Shown here: piece by piece, positions 40,401 through 54,246 of the stretch
Layout of the letters: each line of letters opens with the position of its first letter
Position numbering within the stretch: the stretch's first letter is position 1
Assembly: GCA_964035545.1 (NCBI GenBank)
Contig: OZ037767.1
Coordinates: forward strand, 25,498,628-25,562,627
From: Bugula neritina
Taxonomy: Eukaryota; Animalia; Bryozoa
Reading direction: 5' to 3'
DNA length: 64,000 bases
Program-made: the position numbers and the translations under genes
The notes under the pieces: generated by a model
Seen by the model: the letters and a program-made list of their open reading frames with translations, nothing else
What the model was told of the DNA's origin: nothing
Databases searched by the model: none

Positions 40401-43400
40401 ATCAAGTCTACATCCTCGCCTACTCACTGCACTACATCCTCAACCAAAATATTAAAATAATTAAACCCGGAGATCTCAACTCTTGCATGTACGATCTTGT
40501 CTGGGTATGTCCTCCATGTTCTTTATTCCTGCTCTGGCTATACTGGCACAAATACAATACCAAGTATATTAGTCTGGCTTTTCTCTGGTAAAATATGAGA
40601 CTTGTAAATTCAGCTAGTACAAACAATACAGATGGTATTTAAGCGTGCAGCTTCAGAGTTTGTGCATGAACTTTACCTTATAAGGAAAACAATTATTGTC
40701 ATCGGCATCAAGTCTGGGTTTACAAAGTATGAAGTTTGCACATTCAGCTAGTAAATTATTCACAAACAATATAATTGGTATTAAAGCGTGTAACTGTATA
40801 TTTTGTGCATGAACTTTGACATATAGGAAAATAAAGTATCATTGATATAATTTCAGGCTTTACATATACTTGTCTGTAGATTAACATGAATGGACTGTTT
40901 GGCTCGTCGAGTCAGGAGAAAGATATTGACAAGCATGACGCTTCAAAGGAGAAGAGAAAACCTCCACACTTTGAGCTGTTCAATTTACTCGCGAAATTTG
41001 TGACTCCGTCCACCATAGCCGTCATTCTAATGCCTATCAAAGAGGTATCTTATCAAAAATTGATAGCATAACGCAGTTTATGAATATTTGTTTCATGCTT
41101 GCATTCTAACAATTATCGCATGTTAATCCTAGCAGCTTCAGCTGATCAAACTGTATTATAAGTTATATTTATAATGTTTTATCAATTGTTATTAAGGTTA
41201 CTTGAAAAGATAGCAGTTTTATGGTGTTGAAATTTAAAGCTCATTTTATGTGTAAAACTCCCTCTCTTTTTGCAGTATTTTTTATCCAAGGTGAACAGTG
41301 AAATGTCAATCATTGAAAGCTTGACTTGTGAGCACTCAAACACAAAGCATACCCTGTAGTTTTTATTGTAGAAACTAGATATGATACACAAAGCTAAAGA
41401 CATGTCTAAGATAAGACAGTGTCTAGACAGGATAGCAGACGGCTTATTGCGCAACACTGGACTGTTAGCACAGCACTACCTCAAGTTCACCCACAGTCTT
41501 ATTTCTGACAGTATCTCACAGTTCTTCATGTGAGTATCATATTATGCTATTGTTGTTTCAAAAACACAGTTTATGGTTTCTAAGAAATTGTCTGTCTACG
41601 TAAGTGTTGTTACTCGTGTCAATCATTGAGAAGTTTTGAACATTACATAAACTAGCACAACATTTGTATCACAATCGAAGTTAATTGTGATGAAATTTTT
41701 CAGCTGTCAGCAATTTATAAGTAACCGTTTCTGTTGAAAGTCACATACACTAACATAATTTAGTCAGTTGTGATATTTGACAATGTCTGATAGTCTATAA
41801 CTGTTTCTTGTTGAAAACACAACCACATATTATACAGTCCGAATGTTTGCTAAACTCTTCTAAATAACAATTATTCCATGTCTGTATCATAATTTTCTAT
41901 ACACTCTAAGTAGGTATGGTAGAAGTTTCTAGATTATACATAAAAATCGGTCAGAATTTTTATCCTATCTGATTCAGTATGTAACATTTTCATTTTATTT
42001 CAAATGTTAAACTCTTCTTGTGGGTTCTATTTCTGTTTTTACATAGTGTTTCTCTCATTGGTGTTTTAGGGACAAGAGAGCCAGGCAAAAAGCAGCAGCT
42101 GAAGCTAAGCGTCTGGCAAAAGAAAAGGAAGAAGTAAATCTGAAATACTCCAAAGATACGTTCATAATACCAGCTGAGCCCGGTAGATCTCAACCTCTAC
42201 CTCCCACCTTAAAGAAGAGCAACAAACATGTCATGGTTGAGTTTGGGATGAAGGTATGCCGCAGCTACCTGTGGAAGACATGTTCTTTACAAACCTCATA
42301 GTGTTCAATTGGTCTCATCATATTTATGTAATCATGGCTCATTTTTCAACGCCAACCCATTCAAGCAACCAACACACTGCTTAAAAATTTAACTCTTGTA
42401 AACCTTGACTTAGTTGCCTCACCCTTGATTATTTAATGCTTTTTGAAGTAATTCCAATAATGTACTGCACAATAATCACCTAAGCCCAAACACTGTCTTC
42501 GATACAGCTACAATATGTATTGCTCTCATATGTGCCATTTTGAGAAATTTTAATTATTTAGTAAGACAATGATTTATTGTGTGTCACAAGATTTGTGGTT
42601 TGAGATTTAAATGAACAGCAGGTTGATAGGGTCACTATATAGCCTTCAGCTATCAGTTGAACATGGCTGCTGTTCTCGACATGGCCTACCCTTTATTGTG
42701 TGGCCGTTCTTGTAGCTCTTCCATATGCTAGTCAAGAATGCCAAGATCCTGTATAACAACGAGGAACATGTTAGAATGGTGGACCCGTTTGTGCAGCCCT
42801 TCATAGAAGCCCTGACAGCAGAGAACTTGCCAGTTATCAACGAGTCTCTCATCTGTCTGACCTTTGTCATCAAGTTCAAAGGTCAGCAGCTCTACTCAGG
42901 CTGTCACAGATAATTTTTATGTGCATTCTATTTGCTCTTTCTAAGTTTTTCGAAAAGTTTGCCATATTTTCAGGTTTAAAAGTGCTATTTTTGTTTACAT
43001 TTGTTTACTACTTAAACTCAGTTCTGGCGAATAAGGGTTTGAAAAAATTGGCTCTATTACCCATAGTGAAGTCATATGCATGCAGTATATATAATGACTA
43101 TACAAATCTTCTGTTATTCTAATGTCTTGTGAACCCGTAGGTCTGCCCTCTCTTATCGACTCCATGGATAAGATTATCAGCTCTCTGTTCCTGCTGCTCA
43201 GTACTTACAGTTCTAGTGGCGTCTCTTCTGGGGAGAGCCATGAGTTGTGTCAGCTTTGTTTTAGAGTAAGTTGTATGTTTTATACTGCATTACTAGTATA
43301 TCCCACTGTATTACGTCATACATTATACTGTATTACTTGATATAACACTTTATTACTAGTATTATATCACATTACAATACATATTATCTTGTAGAAACTC

Positions 43401-46400
43401 TAACACTGATATATTACACTGTTATATTACTAATAGTTGCATCTATTATATTTGTGTTGTCACAATTATTATATATTTACCATGCTGTTGCACAGTTCAT
43501 CTCAATGGTGCTGAAAACCTGCAGCTATCAGTGGACTGAAGATAAAATTGAGGTTCTACTCACTTATGCTGAGGCAGACATTTTGGACCATTATAAGCAG
43601 GCCACTGCTTTTTCCCTACTCAAGGTAATCTGATAATTTATCTCGCTTGTCCTTCTGTATATTACTAGTTCTTTGTCTTATATTACTAGTTCTCTGTCTT
43701 ATATTACTAGTTCTGCGGCTTATATTACTAGTTCTGTGTCTTATATTACTAGTTCTGCGGCTTATATTACTAGTTCTCTGTCTTATATTACTAGTTCTCT
43801 GTCTTATATCACTAGGTCTCTGTCTTGTATTACTAGTTCTGCGGCTTATATTACTAGTTCTCTGTCTTATATTACTAGTTCTCTGTCTTATATTACTAGT
43901 TCTGTGTCTTATATTACTAGTTCTCTGTCTTATATTACTAGTTCTGTGTCTTATATTACTAGGTCTCTGTCTTATATAACTAGTTCTCTGTCTTATATTA
44001 CTAGTTCTCTGTCTTATATCACTAGGTCTCTGTCTTGTATTACTAGTTCTGCGGCTTATATTACTAGTTCTCTGTCTTATATTACTAGTTCTCTGTCTTA
44101 TATTACTAGTTCTTTGTCTTATATTACTAGTTCTCTGTCTTATATTACTAGTTCTGCGGCTTATATTACTAGTTCTCTGTCTTATATTACTAGTTCTCTG
44201 TCTTATATTACTAGTTCTCTGTCTTATATTACTAGTTCTCTGTCTTATATTACTAGTTCTGTGTCTTATATTACTAGGTCTCTGTCTTATATTACTAGTT
44301 CTCTGTCTTATATTACTAGTTCTGTGGCTTATATTACTAGTTATAAACCTTATGGACTATACTTTAATTCAGTGCTATTTCTGTAGCTTAAAGCACTATT
44401 TCTATTACTTATATTGCTAGTACTGTTACTTATATTACTAGCAATATAACTCATAGTATCATGTGCATAATGGCGGCATATACAATGTAGAAAGGGCTGC
44501 AGTTGTTGCATTTATGATCTTGATGAAGTACCGGATTAAATATATGAAATAAAATTGGATTTTTTTAGGGCATTGGAGCAACCCATATATTATCTAAACG
44601 GCCTCAAGTGCTATATATGACAATCACAATTATACTTGTTTACATGTTATATGATACATTCCCCTCTCAACAGCTAGTGTGGTTATAGTATGTATGCTGT
44701 GTTTTACAGGCCATCATATCTAGGAAGTTGCTGTGTAAGCTGTTATATGAAGTCATCAAGAAGGTCGAGACTCTATCCATTACGAGTGAATCAGCTGATG
44801 TGAGACTTCACTGCAGACAGGTGAGTCTATACTCAACTCTACCAGTAGCTATCAATCCCGCAATCCCACAGTTCAGTGTACAGGAAGTCATTATCTTCAT
44901 ACTCCCGTAGTTCATTTAAAAAACACAGCCTCCCCCCCCACCATTTCCATGCTTTTCTCATATTTGACCTCGCTTGTGTATTCAGTTTGAATATTTCGAT
45001 GTCCTTGCTGTTTAAGGTTGTGCTACAATTTCTGTTGGATTACCCACTGGGTAAAGGTTTACCAAGGCATATCAACTTCTTTCTGGAGAACCTGGATTAC
45101 AAGGCAGTACATGGTAGAGAGAGTATATATGAGATGCTGGGTGCCATGTTGACAGCCTTTCCCCAGGTTGGTTACTCATCTAGTTATATACAAGTATCTC
45201 ATGTAACCATGGCTGTAAAACTATCTATTCTTCTACGTATACAACTGATGGAGTTACGTCATGTTGGTGGTGGATTTTCTAAACTTTTCTTCAATATGCA
45301 AAACCAAGTCTCAGGTGTTCACAAAACTGTGGCCAGGTTTTACCCGCAGACTTTAATAACATGCACTGATGTATGGCTTTTTTCTAAATTTTTGTTTTGC
45401 CAGGCTGAGGAGTTTAAATTTTGTTCTATTATATGTATTTTAGAAAACTGTTCACACGTTCTCTTCGCTTCTCTTCATCTCATTGGCTCGAGCTCGAATA
45501 AACGACGATTCTGAGAAATGTAGGAAGTTAGCCTCTCTCTGCGTGAGAACCTTGCTGGGCAGAGTGGAGAGAAACTGCCGGACTAAACTGTTCAACATGG
45601 CCTTCACCTGGCTGCAGGAAGATCGCGCTGAGATTGTACAGATGGCTGCGCAGGTTCTCGGGCTATTCATAGTTGTGGAGTGTGACTCATTCTCCTCCCG
45701 GTTTCCTCAGTTACTCACTGTCCTGGAGAAATCTCTACAGCCACAGATATATGTAACTCTGGTAAGTGTGTGGACATTCACTTCTACTGCTCGTGTTTTC
45801 TGCTCTCATCTCTTTCAACTTAGATTTTTAGATTTTTAAGTTTACTTGATGAATAGAAATCCAACTTTTTTTTATGAGTGTCTTCAGTTTGAAATCTCAC
45901 GAATTTTTTATGTACATTTTTTTTACCCAAATTGATTATGGAATAGCACGTTTTCTTTATTTCGTGGCTACTGATCTAATTCAGTACACACTGGTATGTG
46001 GTATTTGTGTGAGTGTGCTTAAGTCTAAATGTGTCTTAGCATTTCGGCTGCTTTTGTAAAATATTCAACGGAACATCTTGGGCTTCTGAGCAGTTGAATA
46101 GTTCTAATGTACCCTTTGATGATCTTCTATTAACCAGTTGTGGAAATTCTCTTGTTTAGAAAGTAATTATGTGGTGTTAGTTAGTTATGTTAATGCCAGC
46201 TATTCCTGTCTAGGAAGGGGAAAGTGATGCCAGTAAAGATCTACAGCTCTACAATATTATACTGATGGTGTTGAAGCTGATACGAGAATGTCCACAGGTG
46301 TTGAAGCAGCCCATATGTGACCAGATACTTGGTGGGTACTACTGAAACTTTGTCTCCATTTTGTATGCTCAATGACCTTGACCTTGTGACTTATCCTCTG

Positions 46401-49084
46401 ACCTTATAAGAAACTCATATCATGGAATGATAACCCAACTCATGGCGCATAATTGATGCACAGTAGTATAATAAATTCTCACTGTTATATGAATAATTGT
46501 CTCTAATGGCTTCTATTCCTTAATCAAGATGTGGAGATGCCAGTTAATATTTGAAGCTTCAAATCTGTTAATATAATATATTCTTTTTTGTAACTATCAC
46601 AAGTGATCTAACACGACTAATAAATTGTAAAGTGTTTTGTTCAACTATATATTATTCATATTATTGGGAAATATTAACAGGTAAATAATCTTTTTTAACC
46701 TAATCATAGAAATATAATTATTGTAAATAACTATTACAATTATTTGTTTTTACAGTTACACAATACAAATTTCTATACAATTAGTTGGTGCTCCAGAAAT
46801 TTAACAAATATCTGGTAGATGTATCGATTCTTTTTCAAAGGAAAAATAACTCCCACTAAGTTTCGTGAAGTAAGACTCAGTAATGTTTGAGTTATGAATA
46901 ATGGAATACAATTTGTTGAGAATATTTTAATTGCTGTGTTTGTAGAACACATCCGTCAGCATATGCTGCACCCACACGCCTGGGTCAGACTCTCCACGGC
47001 TCAGGTGTTTGGTTTAGTGTTCAGCACTTACAACCCTGACGAGCTGGTAGCCGCAGTTCTCTCACAGTCGTATGCTCATACTGCGGAGGTGGGGACTTCC
47101 TCCCATAATAGTAGTGAAGAGAGAACATCCCCGTCTCACAGGGAAGCGCTTACGTTCCTCCTTACAGACACTCGTCAGAAATTGAGGGATTTCACAGCCG
47201 ACTTCTGCACTCAGCTCAGCTCTCCGTACATGACGGATGAGTTTGCCTCTCAGGTCAGCGGTGCTGCCTCTACTTCTTAGTTGAGAATTATGTTTCATGT
47301 TTAATGTGGCACAATCTTGACATTGTCTTCATTTGACAATGGTAAACATTTAAGTTATTACAATGTGGTAAACTTAGGGCAATTAGTAGTTATAAGCTTT
47401 GACTAACACTCCAAATTATTTTTTTAAATTGGTTTCATACTTGTAATGTAGTGAAACATAAGTTATAAATTGATAAACATATCGATTTCATTTGGATTCG
47501 GTTGCTTATATTAAAACATAGGAGAGACAAACTTAATTCTAGTTTTCTATTGAATATTTGAATGAAATTTCAAATTTTTTTGAAACTATAAAAATCAAAA
47601 TGGCTGTTATTTTTCTGTCTAATATTAAATCTGGAAGTGGATGTGGTTTTAGATAGCAAAGAATTTAGTGTTCCTGGTGAAGGTTATCAGACGGTTGCCA
47701 GAGTCGAAGTCGTCTTCCGATATCTGTGTAAACCCTGAAGACCCCACACCTGCAGACGACTGTACGGGCCTAGCTGAGGCCGATGAATTAGCCAATCATA
47801 GCAATAAGAAGAAATCAGTGTCTGTTGATTGGTTGATCAGACGACTTGGAAAGGTTGCTACGTTTGAGGCTACTAATGCCCCAAGACAAACCGTGAAGGT
47901 GATTGCTTTTAAAATTTGCTATACTCTCTAAAATATTATCTGTACTTGTTTTCACGTTTAGATCAATATGCTTTGAAACAGCTTGCTTTGTAGAACCTTC
48001 ACTTGGTTGGACCATTAAAATTAAAAATAAGTATCATTACTATTTTGTGGGTTCGAAGGCTTTTCGAGCGATGGTGTGATGTTTTCAACCGTAGTCGTTT
48101 TTTAGAGGACTAATGTGCTCAAGTGCTTAGCTGCAATAGCTATGGAACTCGGGCCTGAACTTCTACAGCAGCATCTGAAAAACATATTACCTCCAATTCA
48201 CCGAGAGCTCAACATGGTTAGGCTGTTCCCTGGTTAGTAATTTTGTTTTGTTTCAGAATAAATGCAAATTTAGTCTACTTCTTAGAGAGTTGTGTCGCTG
48301 TTACCTCTTACGTAGTATATACTGCACCTCAAAACATTAACTCAGTTTAACAATGTGCTAGATTGCATATAAGTTTGCTACATCTGGATGTTATGAAATT
48401 ATTAGAAATAAAGTCTTTATTTGTGTATAGAAACAGAGGAGCTGAGAAATCTGGCCGGTGAAGTATCAAACCTTCTGAAAGATAAAGTAGGCGTGTCAAC
48501 TTACTCTTCTGTGTACGCTAGTGTGCACCAAGCATCTACGATGAAGAAAACTGAAAGAAAGCGTAAATTAGCTCAACAGGTATGTAAATGTAGAATAGCT
48601 CAGTATGTGTGTAAACTAGCTTTCAACTGGTGTGTGAACTAGCTCTCAACTGGTGTGTGAACTAGTTCAGTAGGTAAAATAGTCTATAACTATAAGCATA
48701 TTGCATACATACTAAATACAACTGTAAGCCACTTATGTCCATGTTTGTGAAATACAGGATCAAATATCATTCATTTATTATATATACTTGAAACCTTTTG
48801 TAAGATTTATTACACTTGATTAGCCATTTACTTTAATGATTTGATTGGCCAGTGTGTTTTGAAATTGTCTGCATCTTAATTAGTGATTATGCTATGTAAT
48901 AAATATTGATTGTATTTGAATTTAGGCTGTTGTGAATCCAAGCATTGTGGCAAATAAGAAGATGAAGTTACACGGTAAAAAGGGAACTTCCAAAAGAATG
49001 TCACAGAAACAGTCCCGGTTTAAAGGGAATAAAGTTGTAAAACGCAAAAGGACTGTTGCTAGAGATATTGCAATTCTGCAATAA
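22435..49084 (+). CDS. UTP20: Small subunit processome component 20 homolog (HEAT-repeat pre-rRNA processing factor), about 53 exons
   Basis: The spliced N-terminus MRKPQDVKKVHR|FQSFSDRIQTVNVD..|..FFEEGLLKWRDLNQTAHF matches UTP20. Further conserved blocks: LVVQLARDLQTNFYPHF, FAAESLSYIMRK, FYVNFSMLWP, LIRILYG, VNAFDRNRLEEPDYDSRL, FWENIRHIQ, RVPLAIAIVKLL, GYQVYILAYSLH, FLLDYPLGK, HPHAWVRL. The last exon (48926-49084) is Lys-rich and ends in TAA. Confidence 0.95.
23511..23682 (+). mobile_element. tRNA-derived SINE in a UTP20 intron
   Basis: A-box-like TGGTCTAAGGG and B box GGTTCGAACC, followed by GAAGAGCATCCAGTCATA and GGGTTCTCGCAGGGA segments. Confidence 0.7.
27970..28437. repeat. 44-bp minisatellite, about 10.5 copies, ending at a UTP20 3' splice site
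   Basis: Unit AATACTCAATACACAGTAATATATATGCTACTCATATGTTATAG; period confirmed by TATAG at 27991 and 28035. Confidence 0.97.
34820..34886 (-). mobile_element. Internally deleted tRNA-SINE fragment
   Basis: The minus strand reads GCTGTCTAGTGGTTAGAGCGTCAGCC (tRNA D-arm-like) joined to GGGTTCTCACGGGGA, which resembles the tail at about 23655. Confidence 0.45.
36700..36792. repeat. 31-bp tandem triplication of a UTP20 acceptor (TGCAG|GTAAA)
   Basis: CAGGTAAA at 36721, 36752 and 36783. Confidence 0.85.
39594..39682. repeat. 30-bp tandem repeat, 3 copies (intronic)
   Basis: GCTGTACCATCT..CTGTGTA.TGGTG at 39594, 39624 and 39654. Confidence 0.9.
40003..40166. repeat. 43-bp tandem repeat, about 4 copies, of a UTP20 acceptor region
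   Basis: AACTGCTGTA at 40021, 40064, 40107 and 40150. Confidence 0.92.
43660..44342. repeat. 21-bp minisatellite, about 32 copies, in a UTP20 intron
   Basis: Unit TATTACTAGTTCTCTGTCTTA with point variants; it explains ORFs 43647-43979 and 43673-44386. Confidence 0.98.
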
Positions 49085-49837
49085 GTTTTTTATCTACATC
49101 AGATTATCAATGAAATTTTTACTTGGTGTATTTAAATGTTTAAATTTATAATATAAACTAGTATTTGAAAATACAACATTACGTCATATATCTATGTATT
49201 TCTTGGAGTAATATACCTAATAGAATGCCTAACTCCAAACTATGTTGTTGGGTAGAAACTCACTTCTGTTGAAACTCGGTATTTGTTTTTAGCTAAATCC
49301 TAAAATATACAAGTTCTAGTCGGAGAATAAATTTGACCTCTTGAAGAACAGCAGTTGGAGTTACGGCTAATAATATAAATTAAAATATCATAGTTATTAT
49401 GCTGCTGCTGATTAACTATTGCTGCTAAATAATATCAAACTGGAGTGAGTTTTGTAGAAATAGCTTTTTTGTCACTCTACAAATTATCATCAATATCTAC
49501 TGTGAATGAAATATCTCTGCAACTTTAGGTCATTGCCCAGCTTTGCAAGCATGTTGACAATACATGCCTGTATTTACTTGGCTGGTTCCTTAAAATTTGA
49601 GAAGTTATGCAATGTTTTATGAAAATATAAATTTTGAGTTTGTACATTTTTTATGCAGAGCATGTGGAAAATACTAGCTCAATTGAAAGCTTCCGCTGTA
49701 ATTTTATATATTTCTATGCCTGATAGTTCACCTAAAACGCTCTTAAGCTTAAGTAAAGGAGGTAAAATTGTGCAATGATTTAAAGGAAAAAAATTCAGAG
49801 CAACTGGTTCAACTAGCCCAGTGATTTAATTATATAT

Positions 49838-49841
49838 ACAA

Positions 49842-49892
<51 letters not shown>
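49838..49892. repeat. Compound (CA)n(TA)n(CA)n microsatellite
   Basis: Directly visible in the sequence. Confidence 0.9.
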
Positions 49893-50133
49893 TGTATGTA
49901 TATGTTTTCCCACACTTTTTATAATACTCGACTCCTTTCTAAGAAAATTGTTTTAAAAAACTGAAGCATAATTTGTGCTGTAACCATGCTAGCAGCATTC
50001 TGAAGTTTTCTTCTAAAGTTGATGGGGAAAGGTATGAACAGTAATTTAATGCGTTTCAGCAGCGGCAAGTAAGAAAATAGTTTAGAGCAACTATGAATAC
50101 TGGATTAATGCTTTTTAAGCAATGTTATATGCG

Positions 50134-51865
50134 TTACAGAGCTATCTTGTTATAGCTTTTGTATTTGCATGCATTCCTGTTGCTTTTGTTATTGTTAGCA
50201 ATGGCTGCTGCAGATTGATTGTCTACATTAATAACAGTTGCGTCTGAGGTTGGACTATCTATATCTGTAGCTTCAAACAATGAGATGTATTCTGACTCAG
50301 CAGTTGAGAGGGCAACACCCTTTTGCTCTGGCGAGTATCTTACAGTGGTTTGGTGTTGAATGCCATGTGACAATAAATACTGTTCAAAGCTTTTGCTGGT
50401 GTACTCACCACCACCATCACTACGGAGCGTACCAATTTTTAGACCTGATTGATTTGTCACCAATGCCTGAAACTCCCTAAACCTATCAAAAACCTCTGAT
50501 TTTTCTTTAATAAAATACACATAAGAATATCTAGAAAAATCATCAATAAAAGATACAAAATATCCACTGCCTCCAATAGACTTTGTTTTCATAGGATCAC
50601 AAACATCTGTATGCACTAATTCAAGTGGTCTACTAGACTTGATACCTACATGCTTACTAAAACATTTTCTGGTCATTTTGCCTTTGATGCATGGCTCACA
50701 CAAACCTACAGGTACATTAGATAAATCTGCTCCTACTACTAATCTATTTTGTCGAGCAGATTGAATGCTTTGCATGCCAGCATGTCCAAGGCGTTGATGC
50801 CACAAATCAGTATCGCTAACAGGGGAAGCAACGTGGTAGTTCGAGTACATAGTGTCCAGATAATATAGTTTATTGCAGACTGTTCCTGTTGCATGCAGCT
50901 TTCCTGATTTGTTTTTTTGTATTATAAGATTCTTCTCTGCTGCTGATCGTACTGAAAACAGATTAGCTTTCAGTCATGCAATATGTCATACATTGTGTTC
51001 AGCTTTGTTTGTTGGCCTCTTGTGCGATTGAAAATTTCTATATTTCCACTGCCAACAACTTCCAGCACATGACCATCACCAAGAGTAACTTTCTGTGGAA
51101 TTTCAAAAGTGTTGTATACCTTAAATAGATCCTTGTTGTGTGTCATATGTGAAGTAGCACCTGAGTCTATAAGTCAGTTATTCTCCTTTTCCCTTTTTGA
51201 TACGAGGAAGGCACTGTTAGTTTCCTCAATTGCATTCTGATTCTGTGTTGCGGGTTTAGCCTTAAAATGTTTTTGTAAAGTGCCCCATGCTTGCTTTAAT
51301 TTTGTGCAGCTGGTTATGAGTTGTAGCAAATTATCGCTCACAGCGAGTACAATAATTGACATAGCCTTGCTTGATTTCTTTGTATAGTCCAGTTTCGTTT
51401 GAGCACTAGCTGATTCTTCAGGTTCAGTTATAGAGCCATCAACATATCCCCATAGTTCTTTAGCAATCAGCAAATGCTTGAGTTTAAACTTCCAAGTGCT
51501 ATAATTTTTACTCATCAGCTTGTTTTCAATAATTCCAGCCATTTGTCTTTTTATACTACTGTAACTAGTGTTTGAGATAGCGCTCTGGGCCCATAACCTG
51601 TTAGAGTTATAATTTGACAGAGCTCTTTATTGCGCTGAATATTACAAGCAAGTGAACGAAGAACAAAAAACATAAAGTAGCACACATAAGTAGATAGCTA
51701 TAAAATTGCTATTACAGATAAGCAGCTAAGTACAATAGGCATAAGCTGAAAAACAAAAGCACATTGAAATAACATCAATTGATTCAATGTGTGGCTATAA
51801 ACATATTTACTGACAACAATTCCTGCGGCAAAAGTAGGAAAAAAGTTTAGTAAAATTTCTTAACA
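50134..51865 (-). mobile_element. Defective Ty1/copia LTR retrotransposon with internal deletions
   Basis: Putative 5' LTR 51865-51599 (TGTTA...TAACA, 267 bp) is immediately followed by the copia-type PBS GGTTATGGGCCCAG (51598-51585). Then gag N-terminus NYSTWKFKLKHLLIAKELWGYVDG, protease IDSGATSHMT (about 51170-51140), GAG-pre-integrase LWHQRLGH..CEPC, integrase HTDVC/IDDFSRY/RSDGGGEY and RNase H ALSTAESEY/VDNQSA. There is no RT. Confidence 0.93.
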
Positions 51866-53902
51866 TTGCTAAAAATGCAAATTTTAAAAATACATGGAAT
51901 TACAAAGATCACAAATTAATCTTTACGTTGTTGATTCTTGCAGCTGCCTGGTGATTGGCCAACTACTGGCATCTGTCTCGTTCAACTCACAATATTTGTA
52001 TTATTTGACCTCAGCTGGCTTAGTTATTCAGGTTGAATAATTCAGCTTTTATACTCTTCAAACCCCAAGCTCAACAAGGCTATAATGCTTGCGGTGATTA
52101 TATAATACAGTAAATAGTGGAGCATAATGAAATGGATTTGTTAGTGAAATATTGATATTTATAGCGGTTGTATTTCTACTTGGTATTAAAAGCAAAGCTA
52201 GCAAGTTGATTTTATTGGGTAAGTTTGGCATCACTTAGGCATTAATAATCGTTTTAGAGTTATTATTATAAAGTAGTAGTCTATCATAAATAGAAAGTGT
52301 TGGGGGAAACAGCTAAGTGTGTTCTTTCATATTGTCTGCTAAAATCAGGGCGCTAATGTGGGTATGTTAACTTCACACATTGCATTAATGTCAATTACTT
52401 TAGCATTTACAGTGAATCATTAATTCAAGCTGTATTGAACATAGTTGCAATCTTAAATGTAAATTCAAATGACAGCTTATTCACCCAATTGCTGCACATA
52501 CAGTTTATTCAATTGATAAAAATTATTGTAGAAAACAAGTATAAGTACAACTTTATAAGATATTTTTGTTGGTTTAACTATCCTATTGCACTATATTAAA
52601 AAATCTATCAAGAATGTGTTCGTATTTACAGCTGATAATATGAGTTGGTATTTTATTTACTTATTTGTTTACTGATCAGATCCAACCTGTTTATTGTATT
52701 ATTTTATGTTTTATCTTAAACAGGTTGTTCATTCCGTACCCTTCTAAGTGACTCAATGGCACATTACCTTATACTAAATGCTGAAAAGTTAAACTGTTAG
52801 TTAATGATTGTAGATTTCTCAATTGATTGAAGTTGATCAGTGGCTTAAGTTGTCTTTGCATTATTCCACAAACATGCATCAACTGGATTTAGATTTATAG
52901 AAAATTCTATAAACTTATGAACTATTATTCTATAAATAGCATGCTATGAGGTTTGACATGTTTAACAAAGAAACTAATTATGTAGAATCTTATGTATTGA
53001 ATAGCTATTTCGTGTTGATTATTCCTGATTAGTTAATGACAAAATATAGTATAGGTAGTGTGTGTGTGTGTAACCTAGTCTGCTAACTTCTATTTATTAT
53101 GCTGATAAGGTAAAACTTCTAGCACAGTACTGTGTGTATTTTTCTCTATTGCTAACCTTAAGGAACTGTTAATTAACTTAAGCTTTTAGTTGAAAGTTTC
53201 ATTTTAAACCATTTCAATAGTTGCACACTTACTACCGTTGGTAGTAATGAATAACTATTGTTGTGATCTTTAATCCTGTTATATGAATTGATGCAGCTAA
53301 GGTTGCACTTATACATTTTAGTCCTGAAATCTCTTGCACAGTCTCAACTGTCATCAACCGGACAAGCAGTAAGTTTTTATTTAACTTCACTAAGTTATAA
53401 CAATTATTATTGTTTTTCTATAGCTAAATTTGAGTTAACAGTAGCTGGGCTTAGATTTCTCTAGACTCTAGATTAAAGGAAACATCCTATAATATAACAA
53501 ATAAACGTAAACCCAGCAGGCACTTGATGAGTTTCAAGAACAAAAATATCTTTGGTAGCTGGTAATGCTAATGCCCCCATGTATGACAAAGTGACTCATT
53601 TATCCGTTTTGTAGTTACTTGAGGCCTGTATGTTAGATCTTGTGAGAGTATAATTTCTTCAATGTCTGAAAAGATGTCATCAAAAGGGAGACTCTATGCT
53701 TAACAAATATATTATTAATTATCGAAGCTTTGGAGTAATAATAGATAAATAGCCAAGTTCCTAGATTACTGAAACTTGGTCGGAAGGCAGTTGTTGGCAC
53801 TTGCAGTACCATCAACTCAACTTTCATACCCACAATGCTTAGTTGTGATGGTGAACTGGTTATGTCAGCCTTGAAAATCTTTGCTAGAAATTTGAGTGCT
53901 TA

Positions 53903-54246
53903 GCCTAGGGCCACACGGTGCGTATTTTCGCATGCGAAAATTGAAATCACAAGTAGCAAAGGTGTCCACTGTGCGCGTTGAGAAAACGTTCGCACATGCG
54001 TTGAAAATGCTGAGCGACAAGTGCGAATCGTCTCTGTCATCGTCACCTAATTGGCTGGTAGCTATTCAGCGAGCCCAATTTCTTTAATTTAGTGCTACAT
54101 TCCAGCAAACTGCGTTCTATTGAAAGCGCGTGCGATTTAAAAATGAAAGCTTTATTTATCACGCATCACTGACGCTACAGTGGACACCTTTGCTACATGC
54201 GGTTTCAATTTTTGCATGCGAAAATACGCACCGTGTGGCCCTAGGC
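53903..54246. mobile_element. PIF/Harbinger (Tourist)-like MITE, 344 bp
   Basis: TIRs of about 69 bp (GCCTAGGGCCACACGGTGCGTATTTTCGCATGC...GTCCACTG, 4 mismatches) flanked by TTA on both sides. Confidence 0.88.

Noticed and set aside
41687-41790. C/D-box snoRNA candidate (GTGATGA...CTGA)
   Set aside because: No terminal stem and no convincing rRNA complementarity; such boxes arise by chance in AT-rich introns.
43647-44386. ORFs of 110 and 237 aa with LILLVLC and SYITSSL repeats
   Set aside because: Translation artefacts of a 21-bp minisatellite inside a UTP20 intron; the flanking exons join in frame without them.
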